From Eledone cirrhosa (lineage: Eukaryota): a stretch of 64,000 nt of DNA. This document shows positions 25,999 to 39,304 of the stretch, piece after piece (position 1 is the stretch's first letter; the number at the start of each line of letters is the position of its first letter). The notes under the pieces are model-generated. The model was not told the origin of the DNA, searched no databases, and was given only the letters and a program-made list of their open reading frames with translations. Where the stretch lies: contig OZ024740.1 in assembly GCA_964016885.1 (NCBI GenBank), positions 227,540,001-227,604,000 on the forward strand, written 5' to 3'. The translations under genes were made by a program, and so were the position numbers.

Positions 25999-26137
25999 AG
26001 TGATTTCGATCTCGTTGTTTACAATTTACTCAAGAAATTTATTTTGAGCATATGCTTAGGATTAATTGTAAGACAACATTCCCAGCCAGAAGCCTAAGCT
26101 ATGAAAACAGTGTAATATATATATATATATATATATG

Positions 26138-26340
26138 TGGCCGTGTAGGCAACACGGTAAAAACCTCCCAGTCCCACACTGTAAATGTGGTTGGTGTTAG
26201 GAAGGGCATCCAGCTGTAGAAAACCCGCTAGTCAGTCCAATGCGAGCAAGACAACCACTCTTGCCTCAAGTGGGAAAACTCCCGTCCAAACCCATGCAAG
26301 CGTGGAACATGGACGTTAAACGATGATGATGATGATGATA
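26138..26340 (+). mobile_element. 5'-truncated SINE 3' body/tail in (TA)n
   Basis: 'gtggttggtgttaggaagggcatccagctgtagaaa'...'cccatgcaagcgtggaacatggacgttaaacgatgatgat'. Confidence 0.8.
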
Positions 26341-26361
26341 TATATATGTATATATATATAC

Positions 26362-26400
<39 letters not shown>

Positions 26401-26475
26401 TGCATATATATATATATATATGCATATATATATATATATATGCATATATATATATGCATATATATATATATATGC

Positions 26476-26566
<91 letters not shown>

Positions 26567-28159
26567 TATATACAGGGGTTGATGTGTGGATGTTCTTTGG
26601 TTTTACTACTGAGACCTGCAATGAAATCAACCATAACACCTTATATGGTATGAGCTTTAGAATTCCGCTAGCTGGGAAAGCAGATGTTAAACAATGATGA
26701 TGATGAATTGATAAACTGCAATAATCTTTGTAACAAAACCTTTGTTGGATCATGTGTGTATGTGTGTATGTCTACAAGCATGTGCCTATATATTTACAAA
26801 TATACATAAGTGTGTATACAATAGAATGTTTCTTTCACCCTTTGACATATGGTACATAATGGGTCCATAATATGAAGCATGTATAATAAGTGAAGTGATA
26901 GTGGAACATCAGAAAGGAATCAGTAGCTCCTGTGTGTGTGTGCATGTCTGTTTGTGCATGCATGATTGTGTGTGCCTGCCTGTGTGTGCATATGTGTGCA
27001 CGTACAAGTGTGTGATTCTGTGTATGTGTGTGTGTGTGTGCATGCATCTTCCTATGTATGTACATATGTACTGTGCGTGTGTGTTTGTGTCTGCTTATGT
27101 GTGTATGTGTATGCTTGATTGTGTGTGCTTGCCTGTGTGTGCATATGTGTGCATGTACAAGTGTGTGTGTCTGTTTATAACTATGTGTGTGCATGCATGT
27201 TCCTATGTATGTACATATGTACATAAGTATGCATATAACAAAGGGCTTTTCACACTTGTTGTCACACTGTACATCCTGGGTACCACGTATAAGGCTGTAT
27301 ATAAGTGAAATAACAGTTAAACATCAGAAGGAAATCTAGATGTTCAGCAGTTGATGTGTGTTTGTGTGTGTATGCATGTGTAGATGTATATGAGTGGCTG
27401 TGTATTGATTTGTATTGTAAATAATTTATGAGAATGAAAGATGGCAGCAGAGAAGTTTGTAAACATATATATATAACCATGTTTCACATGTACACTTCTA
27501 AACAACAATTTGAAACAAAGAAAAATAATAATGAATCTGTTAGGGAAATATGTAACCATTTTATATTACAGCTATCTCACAGATTGATTTCTTCACTCAA
27601 ATTAAATCCTAAAAGATGTATTCAAATGTATTCATTTCAAATAAGAAAATGTGTCTGTTACCCAATATGTTTTGTGCTTAGATTTTTTTAGCAGCAACCA
27701 ATGAACTTTTTCATTGAAAATATTCTTTTTTTTAGTGAAAAAAACAACTCCAACAGCAATTATTTATTACACAATAAGAAATTTGTACTTGTTTGGCAAG
27801 AGTGATTTGATCTGAGATCATGTGTTGAAAATAAAGCAATTTCATCATGGAAAAGTCATTGTAGCCATTAAAAAAATTTGTTGTCTTAATTTTATATTTA
27901 TCATTTATTTCTTGGTATCAAAATTTTCATCACATTTCTTGAGACCTTACAGAGTTCCACTGAGTTATAGTGGAACTGAGTCAGTGACAAGGACACAAAC
28001 AGTGCCATGAAAATTAGGATACCAAGAAATAAGTGTGAATAAAAAAATATCCAAAAATTCCCCCATTCCACATTCTCTGGTTATGCATAAAATAACAGGT
28101 GATGTCTAGATTAATTCTGTAACAGCCCAAGTGAAGTTTGTAGTCTTATCTTGCTACAG

Positions 28160-28273
28160 AACCTATCAAGCCAAGGGTATATATTGCCGGTGTTGGCTCC
28201 AGAACAATGAATATCTCTTGGATGGCACCGACAAATGATCTTATTGGGTACTCCATTGAATATCGAAAACTAG
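28160..28273 (+). CDS. Internal coding exon: N-terminal half of a fibronectin type III domain of a cell-surface (IgSF/FN3-type) protein
   Basis: Acceptor ttatcttgctacag| and donor |gtaaca; 114 nt, phase 1-1, open. Translates (x)PIKPRVYIAGVGSRTMNISWMAPTNDLIGYSIEYRKL(G), with FN3 hallmarks 'ISW.AP' and 'IGYSIEYR'. Joins in frame to 38206. Confidence 0.9.
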
Positions 28274-28414
28274 GTAACAATTCTTTCACTCTTCTTTTCC
28301 TTCTAATTCTTCTCTTCCTACTCATCCATTCCATTACCTCTTCTAAATACATTTACATACACACTACATAGAGAGGAAAAAACACAACCATACAGGAGCA
28401 TGTGAGTGTGTAAA

Positions 28415-28477
<63 letters not shown>

Positions 28478-30420
28478 ATCTACATACATACATACAAAAG
28501 CCATGAAGTTACTATAGTGATCCAAAGGCCATGAGTTTCATGCCTTAGGACACTTTATATATGTGTGTATATATAATTTTAAGGAAAGACAGCTCTTTTC
28601 TGTTGTATAGTATTGAAAATATGACTGTCATGGCATTTTTATTAGTTTACTGACCGGTTCTACCAACTTACAAATTTTGCTTTTCATTGTGCATAAAATA
28701 TATACATATAATTTCCAATATGGCCACAGTCTAAAGACCAAAACTTGCAGAGAATTAAAGGATATTGTTTTAAATTTTAGTTGCATTTTCATTGTGCTTT
28801 ACTCATTTCCAAATTTTGCTATTAAAGCTGGTATACACAGATAAGAAACTATAATAGACATACAAAAAGAACACGATGGAGTCGACATTATACTGGTTAG
28901 CAGTTTAACAAGTTTTATATATCAAAGAAGCTCACTGAAAACATACATATAATATCAAATATGTCAGGCAATGTTTGTGTAGATTGATGTGTACAAAGAG
29001 AAAGTAAAATATGTTAGAATAAATTGACAGTAAACTATTAGAAATGCAGTTTTTCAAAACTACATACAAATCTCATATACATATATATATATATATGTCT
29101 GTGTGTGTGTATGTGTATATATAATATATATATATATATATATTTATATGAATATGTGTATCTATCTGTCTATTTATATATTTATATATATTCACATAAA
29201 TATGTGTATACATATATATATATATTTACATAAATATGTATATATATATACACACATGCACGCACACACACACACACACACACACATATGCACACAAACA
29301 AAAAATAAATGAAACAAGCTTCTTTCCTCTCTTGAATTCCTTCTTCTCCTTGTCCACCCCTGCTCTCTCTCTTTTTCTCCACCAGCCTACTTCTTGTTTT
29401 CATTGCATTTCTCTTTGTCTAATTACACCCCACCATCTTTATTTTGTTCTTCTAACTTCAATTGATACCAATTTAGTTGCAAGATAAATCTAACATCTTC
29501 AGTCATTATCAATGATAAATTATTCACAAGTTTGTTTCTCAGAAAACAACATAAAACAATAAAAATAACAACAACAGACAAATTTTAAAGGAAATCAATC
29601 ATCTTTAGTTTCTTGAATATTTGCAATGTTTAAAACAAAAATTGTTTTCTGCTGGCAACCAGAAAATAATTTTTTTCCCCCCTGAAACAAAATTCACATT
29701 GCTGAAACAATTTTCTGGAATAATTTACTGAAAATAATATTCTGAAATAAATTTTCTGAAAATAATTTCAATAAAAATAATTAGGAAAATTTCTGAAAAT
29801 TTTCTGCCAGGAACAAAAATAAATATATATATATATATAAAAAAATGTTTAAATAATTTTAAATAATTTTATAATTTTATCATGACAAATAGATAATATT
29901 ATTTACTGGAAAACTTCTAAGTGGAAACCAAGATTATGTCTAATTCTGAATTGTTTAAAGATATATAAAATGCTAAACTTGTTTTGCAGATGTTTTTATG
30001 TCTACCTGTTATTAAGAATATTATGTGGTTGTTATTATGAACAAGAAGAGAAATAAAAAAATAAGGAACTTAATATTTTCAATTCTTTTCTCATTTATCA
30101 AGAAATATGAAAAATAAAATAAGTAGGTTAAAAATAACACTAGTAAGAGAGTAAAACAAGTGAAGACAGCTGCTAATCATTTACAGTCTCATACATATTC
30201 TACAAAGTTCTTCAAATTGTTTTAGCCAAGTCTTCAGTTATTTGTAAACTTCTATTTCTTTCAATTAAATCTCTTATATAGGATATATATCCTATTAGCA
30301 ATTAATGTACAACAGAGGTTGGGAACAATGGTCATTAGAGTGTTCTCTGTGAGCCTAAGACTATTTTAAATGTTTATATGTAAGTAGCAGCAAGCATTTC
30401 AAGACCAGTTTTATAATAAT

Positions 30421-30612
30421 AATAATTGTTTCTACTTTTGACACAAGGCCAGCAATTATCCAGTGCATTACTGGTACTTTATTTTATCAGCCCCGTAAGG
30501 ATGAAAGGCAAAGTTAACCTCGACAGGATTTGAACTCGGACCATAAAGGGCCGTAACTCTATGCTTCAAAGCATAGCGTCCGACCCTCTACCGATACTGC
30601 CAATCCACCGCC
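30421..30612 (-). mobile_element. SINE family A, full length, with target-site duplication
   Basis: Reverse complement of the family A consensus; flanking direct repeat ttttataataataataat at 30409-30426 and 30613-30630. Confidence 0.92.
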
Positions 30613-31622
30613 TTTTATAATAATAATAATGAAAATATTGTGTACAGTGCTCAGGTGCACTACACTGCTAAAACAGAAATAAGTACTAAGAGCCCTCTGA
30701 AAGGCTTCATGCTCATTATAGGATCCTTTTTAAGTAATGTTTTATGGTGAGGTGCTCTTCTTAGTACCAACTCTTTTAGCTGCCCCTTACATCATGCAGG
30801 AATATGGTGTACTTATTCTACACTAGATACACCCTGTTTTATATGTTAGATAAGATATAATATACATATAGGCCACAAGTAAAATTAAATGAAGAATAAA
30901 AGATGGATCAATACAAAAAGAAGTTGCTGGTTGATAATTTAAAATATCATTTCACAGCTATTACTTTGGTTTCACATTGCATTACTAACTACAGTATATT
31001 GGCCCAGAGCCTGTGAATATTTTATGAATTAATTTCTTTAAAAAATCTCAGTTACTTTGAATTCTGAAAGAAGCACTTCTGTTTCACCTTGCCAAATTTC
31101 TCTTAGCAACCCTGATTACAAACACTGCACTGAGACAATGTAAATCAGAAGTTATTAACCAATAATTTCACCCCCACCACTCTAAATCTAATCCAATACA
31201 TCCCCCATAACCCCCTTTGCCAGACTACCAAAATCCTCTATGTAAGTCCAACATCATTTCAAAGTATGTCAATAGTTCTTGGTTTTATTTTACAGATAAT
31301 CAATAACAGAACAAGAAAAAAAATCATAACGATTTTGTTATATTTACCTATAGAAACAATACTAGTGATCAAATCTTATAAGACCAACCTTTGGTTTCCT
31401 CACCCACTTCTCAGTTTAGAAATTCTGATGCAGAAGTGGATAAGGTTTTGGACTTCTTGTTCATGAGTCACCAGCTCAAATTGAGCCCTAGAAAGACTAA
31501 ATTTGTTTACTCTCTGCTGTTAGTAGTTGGGTTCTGATCCAGTCTAAGGACAATTTTCTCCTCTTTTTCTTACCCATCTTTGAAGGCTTACACTTACTAA
31601 GACAATGGCTTAATAAACACAA

Positions 31623-31674
<52 letters not shown>

Positions 31675-31715
31675 ATTTGAAAAAAGAGTCCTGGGTGACT
31701 AAAATTAAACAAAAT

Positions 31716-31910
31716 GAATAAAAAATATAAGCGAAGACAACGGAAAAATGAACGACACACAGGCAGCCCCAGTCCCATCTCATTAGTCAAACTCTGGAGA
31801 TATATTGATCATAAAGTACCAACACAACATGTCACCAGTGATTGACTGATGAGATGGGACTGTCTGTCTTTCGTTCATTTTCCCATTGACTTCACCCATA
31901 TTTTATTTAT
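31716..31910. repeat. Imperfect inverted repeat (about 80-bp arms), MITE-like
   Basis: gaagacaacggaaaaatgaacga...cagtcccatctcattagtcaa..ctggaga pairs with tcaccagtgattgactgatgagatgggactg...tcgttcattttcccattgacttc. Confidence 0.8.
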
Positions 31911-31926
31911 ATATATATATATATAT

Positions 31927-32080
31927 GTAAAAGGTAAACAGAAATAACAACACAATTGGTACAGTATATGGAAGGAACATATTAGGTTAACGCTTGAAAT
32001 AGCAGAAAGAGGGCCTTAACGTTTCGGGCGATAGTCTTTCATCAGAAGAAAGAATGAGAAATGAGTAAGATTGAAGGGAC
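31927..32080 (-). mobile_element. Short PLE pLTR-like element with damaged hammerhead motif (32014-32049)
   Basis: Closely similar to 32790-32943; - strand CUGAUGA aagacuaucgccc GAAACGUU with stem II disrupted. Confidence 0.75.
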
Positions 32081-32117
32081 ATATGTATATATATATATGT
32101 ATGTATATATAAACAAT

Positions 32118-32302
32118 CTAAAGTCTGTCTCAAGCTTTAGGCTCATCAGGCCAGTGATTATCCCAGTTTCTGTGGTGTGAAGCAACTGGGAGTATAAGAT
32201 TTTCCCTGGACAGGAAGCCAATTCATCATAGGGTTAAACCCCCAACTATTGCTGGTACTCATTTCAGTCCAACACCCTTTCCACTAGGCTATGCATCTCC
32301 AT
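32118..32302 (-). mobile_element. SINE family C fragment (second copy at 48030-48290)
   Basis: Shared 'ggctcatcaggcc.gtg.tt.tcccagtttctgtgg.gt.aagcaactg...gggttaaaccccca..tattgctggtactcattt'. Confidence 0.75.
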
Positions 32303-32325
32303 GTTTTATATATATATATATATAT

Positions 32326-32671
32326 GGAGGCACATGGCTTAGTGGTTAGAGCATTGGCCGTGCAATCGAAAGGTTGTGAGTTCAATTATCAGACCGGGTG
32401 ATGTGTTGTTTCCTTGAGCAAGACACTTTATTTCACATTGCTCCAGTTTACTCAGCTGTAGAAATGAGATGATAGGGACTGGGGTTCCTATCATTCCACT
32501 GCAAAGTGGTCGTGGAGGTACCACGGCAAAAAACCACCCAGCACTCACTGTAAATGAGGTTGGTGTTAGGAAGGGCATCCAGCTGTAGAAATCAAGCCAG
32601 AATCAGTTCCCGTCCCACCCTTGCAAGCAGGGAAAAGCGGACGTAAAATGAAATGATGAAAATGATGAAAA

Positions 32672-32675
<4 letters not shown>
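32326..32675 (+). mobile_element. SINE family B, full length
   Basis: Near-identical to the other family B copies; inserted in (TA)n. Confidence 0.93.
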
Positions 32676-32714
<39 letters not shown>

Positions 32715-32745
32715 CAATCACTCATAATTAAGTGTGACTTGAAAA

Positions 32746-32789
<44 letters not shown>

Positions 32790-32791
<2 letters not shown>

Positions 32792-32943
32792 AAAAGGTAA
32801 ACAGAAATAACAACACAATCGGTACAGTATATGGAAGGAATATATTAGGTTAACGCTTGAAATAGCAGGAAGAGGGTCTTAACGTTTCGGATGTTAGTCC
32901 TTCATCAGAAGTAAGAATGAGAAATAAAATAGATTGAGGGGAC
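32790..32943 (-). mobile_element. Short PLE pLTR-like element with intact minimal hammerhead motif (32878-32911)
   Basis: - strand CUU-CUGAUGA-A-GGA(cuaaca)UCC-GAAAC-GUU^-AAG; AACGUU palindrome. Confidence 0.78.
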
Positions 32944-35051
32944 GGGCGGGATGGAATTGGAAAAAATGTCTTTAGATAAAAATAACAGGTCCATTCATGT
33001 TGACATCTCTTGCATATATATATATACACATATATACACACACATGCATATATACATATGTACATACACATGCATTAATACGTATCTATTTGTATAATAA
33101 ATATAAGTCAGCTGTCTGTCATCTGTGATATATTTTAACCAGCCTTGTGTATTTTCAGAAAATTCTAGATAATATTAATTATAAAAGAAACAATTTTGTT
33201 TGTAAGATTAAATAGTAAAATATATAAATTATGTTGCTAACTCTTCTTGTACCCCATCCATCCTCTCTCCCTCCCATTTCCACTCTCTCACCCCATTCCC
33301 TCTCACTCACTCTCTTCCTCTCCAAACAAACATCTCTATTCAACTTCACACAATTTTTCTTGGATATATTTTTACTTCTATTTGCTGTTTTCTCACTCAA
33401 TTAATACACAAATTTAAACAAACAAAACTCTTCCAACTTAATTGTAGATTATTTACATAATTTAAATAAACAGTAATTTGTTTTTTTTAATTGATATTTT
33501 AACTATTTTTTTTATTTACTTACTGAAATATTTCAATGACAGGATAAATTATGAGTTACTTCCAAATAACACCACAAGTCAATATAGGAATATATATTAT
33601 TTAACAAAAATACAAGAAAAATATAAAAAGAAAATCTATAATTTGAATTTGTTTTTTTCTTTTAAAGAATCATTTCCTGAAATTAAAATATATTTAAGAT
33701 CGTTATCATCATATTGAATCTATTAAATTTAATACCAACCACTTGCAATATCAAAACAAGTTTATAAAATAGATTAAACATAATAAAAAAAGTGATAATA
33801 AATATGAAAAAATTATTTCAATTATAATAATTGTTTCTACTTTAGGCACAAGGCCAGTGCATTACTGGTACTTTATTTTAATAATAATAATAATAATAGT
33901 AATAATTGTTTCTACTATTGGCACAAGGTATAATAGTAATAATAATAATGAAATGTTTAAATTGTGTTATTAATAACAATATATAAAATACATTATCAAG
34001 CTTAATTTTAATTCAAAGGCAAAGTTTTAGTAAATCCGTGTTTATATATATATATGTGCGTGTGTGTATATATATATATACACACATACATACAACAAGC
34101 ACACATAGATGAGAAATTGATTTTAGAAGCAGGTGACATACATAGTATAACACAAAAATATTGGAAATATTTTCATTTAGTTTTTCAACCATTCAAACGT
34201 TTAAAAAATGCTCGTTCTGCCTGGCCAAAAATTTAGCTGAAATGATTCTCAAATTTTAAGCAAGATTTCAAAAGTTCCTGCAACAGCTGAAAGAAATGTT
34301 AGTCACTTTTTCATTTCAAAGGGTGATTTAAAAGGGAAATAACTCTTTTCTACTTGCAACAATTATTTCCCTTGTCGGATTCTTTCGCCTTTACTTATAT
34401 GAATCTCCGTTAGGTTCAGTTTATATTTGATGCAAATAAAAATATTCATATGAAATTTATTTTATTTTAACACATACATACATACATGCATACATACATA
34501 GTTATTAAGGAATACATTTATATTAATATAGTTGTTTTTTAAAGTTTATTTATAGTCCAAATATTAGATTACTATAAATAACATATTTAAGTCAAAAGTA
34601 ATTAAAATAAAATTAGTGAGATTAATTTCATTAATTTAGTAAATAACAGGAGATGTATAATTTCTTGTTGTATGAATTATATTGGATTTCGTGTAACGGA
34701 CCAATAGTACAACGCAGGCATCGCTGAATAGGTAGAAAGTTTATATCGCAATTTTCTAGCCTCAGGTTTGATTCTACTGCCTACCACCTCCAGCGACCAT
34801 TTTTCTTTTATGTTTCACTCAATCAAAACTTCGGTAGATTGAAAGAATCCAGGAAAATACTGCAGAGGTGGAAATGTTGCAGCACACACATCCATATGCC
34901 TGTATGTATGCATGCACGTATGTATGTATAGATAGATATGTTTCTTTATGTATGTATGTATGTATGTATGTATGTATAGATAGATAGATATATTTCTTTA
35001 TTAGCCACAGGGGCACAAAAGAAGGGGACAAATACAAAGGGGGAAGTTTAC

Positions 35052-35111
<60 letters not shown>

Positions 35112-35113
<2 letters not shown>

Positions 35114-35555
35114 TTCTTTATTAGCCACAAGGGCGCAACAAGAAAGGGGACAATACAAAGACATGCCGGGGATTTTACATACAGTCGTGTAAAAATTATA
35201 AAAACAAACAATTTCAACAATCGAAATCCCCAATAGGGGGGAGGCGCCACAAATGGGTTGTTTAATACCCCGTCGATAGAACAACCCTCAACTCCAGGAG
35301 CGTGTTATGCAAGCGCTCCTTTCTTCCTTTTGCTCTCTTCCTCAACCTACAGGCTTATAAACAGAGAAGGCCCAATCACTCGGGCCATTTTCGCTTCATT
35401 CACCCACCTTTCAGTAAATTTACTGGGGTGCAGTGCCTCTCTTTCCACCCTGATTCTCCTTCTAAAGTGATACTTAAAGAAGGGAATCAATTGTTGTCCG
35501 GAGAGAAAGGCATCTGTCCTCAGTCCTCTCAACCTCGTCCACCATATAACTTCTT

Positions 35556-35556
<1 letters not shown>
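35112..35556 (-). mobile_element. 5'-truncated Tx1/L1-like LINE 3' end inserted in a (GATA)n tract
   Basis: - strand KEVIWWTRLRGLRTDAFLSGQQLIPFFKYHFRRRIRVEREALHPSKFTERWVNEAK...* resembles Tx1-type ORF2 C-termini; 3' UTR ends gtggctAATAAAgaaat(ctat)n; (GATA)n on both sides. Stubs of the same 3' end at about 34993-35041 and 54634-54679. Confidence 0.72.
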
Positions 35557-35622
<66 letters not shown>

Positions 35623-38205
35623 GTAGGTTCTGGGTTCTATCCTACTGTGTGGCATCTTAGGCAAATGTCATTGACCACAGTCTCGACTCAACTTACGGTT
35701 TGAAAGAGAAATTATGTGGATGAAAGTTGTTTGAATACCCGTCGGTTGACTGTACCGATAATACAAAGTCCTGACTTATTACACAGAGTTACATTCAATC
35801 TCCCTGAGAATTATCTAAAGGGTACACGTATCTGTGGAATATTCAGCTGGTGATTTCGTGAGCAAGCTGTTCCATTGGTCAAACAACTGGAACATATATA
35901 GATGAATCTGACAGAGGCGCGTCAATCGATTCGATCCCGGTGCATACACAGCGTCAGCACTTTCTATCAGATTCTAACATGGGACTTATTTATTTAGACT
36001 TTTTACCAATTGTTGCTAGGAACCTTACAAATGTAATACACAAAAATATATGATCACAGCGAGAGAGAGAGAGAGAAAAAAAAAAAACAGCCATCAATTC
36101 AATACACCACCAAGTGCGACAATCGATCACACATGACGGAAAATTCTGAGGCAAGCCAATACATTTGCAGCATTACTGCAGGTAATGGCGAGGCTAAGGC
36201 ATTGAAACAACCAGGCACCATAAGTATTGACCTAAAAAAAAAAATATTGACCTATAACATCAAGCAACAACAGAAAGTTTAAATTGATTTATATTTTTGT
36301 ATAATCCTCCTACACTTTAAATTAAATAATTTTCCAAGTTTATAAATTTAAAATAAAAAGGTCTTAAAACAGTAAAATAGCAATTTCATTCATTTTAAAT
36401 TATGCCTGAAGATTCTATAGAATTATCTCCCCTGTTTATACACGACATTTCCTTATGTTATATACAATCATTTAAGATTTCATGGATTAAATTATCTTTG
36501 AAAATAATAAAACAAGGAAAAATAATTTCATAATAAAAACAAAGAAATTGCTTGTTGAATCATGCTTAATTTTTTAAATAAATTAAATTTTTTTTACGCT
36601 TCATTTCTTGTTTACAGTTTGACAGGGGAGATTACTCCGATATGATAACTAAACGTTTTATAAAGATTTTATTTTTCTTCTTTGCCTTCGATAATTATCT
36701 TACCCTAGTTTGATAATAATTATATTAATTGGGCGAATCTATAGTTAAAACAGGTACTAGATAATTCAAATATATCCTACATATAGAAGTTGTTGTGCCT
36801 TTAAAAATACAAAATCGCTGGAATTACGTTTGCTTTATTGGTAACTATGACATTAACTTTATTGGTAACTTTGACATTAACTTAAAACAAGCAACATAAC
36901 TTAGAAATAGAGTATTCACGTTGAGATTGTTAATATTAAATGAAATCTGAATTTTATTTACATATAGATAAATACAATTTGTATAAGTAATATGATACAC
37001 GAAAGAGACAAATCAATACAAATTATTTAGAGAAAAAAAATGGAAGAAAAAAGCAGGAGAAAATATTCACATTTAATTACACACTACAATAGAAATTGCT
37101 GGTGATCTCTTCTTGAAAATATTTATGCAAGCCCCTACACTCATAGTTTGCCATGGATGTTAGCAAGGCTATGGCACTAGAATAGCCATGCACCATCACA
37201 AGTATGATCTGATACTTCAGTAAAGCAAGCCATCAACACTGACAAGAGCCTCATTGTCAGTGGCCCAGCACCTCACCCAACATTTCTAATGCCTCTGGCT
37301 GAAAAAAAAGCATTTTGATTACTTGCAAAAATTAATTTGAATCATTATAAAACTCATATTTTATTAATAAATAATTGTTTCTACTAATAAATAATAAAAG
37401 TTTAATAGATTATTTTCAAAAAATCATTTTGATTGATTTGTAAAGCTCATACATTATTAATCAATAAATAATAATTAAATACATTAAACATTTAAAATAT
37501 GATAAATCATAAATTATGCCTGTGTAAATTATGACAACTGTATGAAATGACTTGATGAAGAAAATAAACAAATCGATGACAAACAAATAATTCATTAATT
37601 CAAGTTATTCTCTGTTGTTTATTTATATTTGAAATTTTCATTTAGAATATTTTCTTAAAAATTAAAAAAAATTAACGTTCTTAAAATTTTTTTTGAATTA
37701 ACGTTAAATAAAATAACTCTTGAGATCTATTGAGATCTATGTTAAAGTTTACACTATACAGAAATAATCTTTACCCCCCAAAAAATAGATATGATTTTTC
37801 CAAGCATGTAAAAATAAAATTATACAAACATATTTGTATTAACTACATTTAAAGTTTGTGGATTTAATTGTAACTCAAGTATAAATGTCTAAATTCTTAC
37901 AGTTTAAAGTTATAACAACATAAAATATAATAAACTTCATAAAACACAAAGAAAATTGTGAATAAATCCCAAAAGATTTTTGTCAAGTCTGATATTCTTC
38001 TTTTCTTCTACTCTTACCATTTTACATCCATCACCACCACCACTACTACTACTACTTATACAACTACTACTACTACTACTACTACCACTACCACTCTGTT
38101 GCTGCCACCATTGCTGCTCTGGTGCACATCTCTGCTTCTACCACAAACCATACCTTCTGCAAAACTTTCTGAATATTCAAAACATACCCGGTTCTTGGGT
38201 GGTAG

Positions 38206-38367
38206 GTGATGAATTGTGGCAAGCTACACGATATCTGTGGAGGAAAAATTGGAGTCTTCTCGGTCATCTGGAACCGGGGACAAGATATCAAATCCGTGTG
38301 GCTGCTCAGAATAACTTCGGTGATAAAGCATCCAGCAGAGTTTTAGAAGTTCAAACTGCTTTCCAAG
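38206..38367 (+). CDS. Internal coding exon: C-terminal half of the FN3 domain
   Basis: tag| acceptor (weak pyrimidine tract) and donor |gtaggt; 162 nt, phase 1-1. Translates (G)DELWQATRYLWRKNWSLLGHLEPGTRYQIRVAAQNNFGDKASSRVLEVQTAFQ, containing the classic FN3 'L.PGT.Y.IRV.A.N..G' motif. Overlaps ORF 37980..38375. Confidence 0.93.
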
Positions 38368-38559
38368 GTAGGTAAAGAGGAGGGGGCATGTGTTATGTAT
38401 GAGGTTTTAAATAAACACACCTCTTCCTGCAACCAAACCCAACAAAACACATCAACCTGCAATACCCATTATCACCCATTATTTTAACATTTCTTTTCTT
38501 TATAAACTTTTAAAAATCTTTATTAATTTATTTATTTATCCATTTATCTATATATTTGT

Positions 38560-38594
<35 letters not shown>

Positions 38595-39304
38595 TTTGCA
38601 CTTATTTCAATGGAGTCTGATTTGAAGAATTATTGTGAACTTTCAAATTAATATTATATATGCCAATTTTGGCCCCCAATATTTCACCATCACTTAGCTA
38701 ATATGTTGTTATGGTAAACATCACCATTTTCATTAATGTTAAAACACTCCGATTATTTCATATTGACAAATAATCTTCACAAACTGCAACTGTGACCATT
38801 CTCCTATCACTGCATGTTTGTTCACTAAATGTATAGCATTGGTTTTTTTTTTTTTTACCATTTCCTATTTAAATTTAGCATTACATCAAATGTAAACAAC
38901 ATTCCATGAAAAATGGGATGTGAGACTTTGTTGTTGTTGGGCTTTTTTTTCAGCAATATAGAGCAATATTATTTCACAGATAAATAGTAAGATTTTTCTT
39001 TTTACTGTTTTCTTTATTTTTCATTTTGTTTTATGTTTATTAATAAGAAAGTGAATTTTTATTAAGAAATCTTCCAAAACAAATTCAAAAACGAATTTTT
39101 ATTCTTCCTCTGGAATGATATATCAAAGCCCAAGAATTGAAACAAATGACAAGAATATACAGACCAAGAATAAAAATATATATATATACTTTTTCAAAGT
39201 TATGGTCATCATGGTTGGCCTTAAACCAATTGGGCCCCACACCGAAGGGGACTCTGCACTTGAGTAATCTAATCTTGGCTCATCAAGTACACACAATAAA
39301 AAAT

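Noticed and set aside
27953-27977. Small hairpin agttccact-gagttat-agtggaact and ORF 27822..28010 upstream of the first exon
   Set aside because: A 9-bp stem can occur by chance in 64 kb; the ORF has no recognisable domain.
32138-32158. CTGATGAG in family C SINE tails (also 48053-48067) and at about 31845 as hammerheads
   Set aside because: No downstream stem II closure with GAAA; consistent with an ordinary SINE tail or MITE sequence.
36185-36210. ggcgaggctaaggcattg resembling U1 snRNA stem-loop II
   Set aside because: No ATACTTACCTG 5' end, no Sm site and no collinear flanking similarity.
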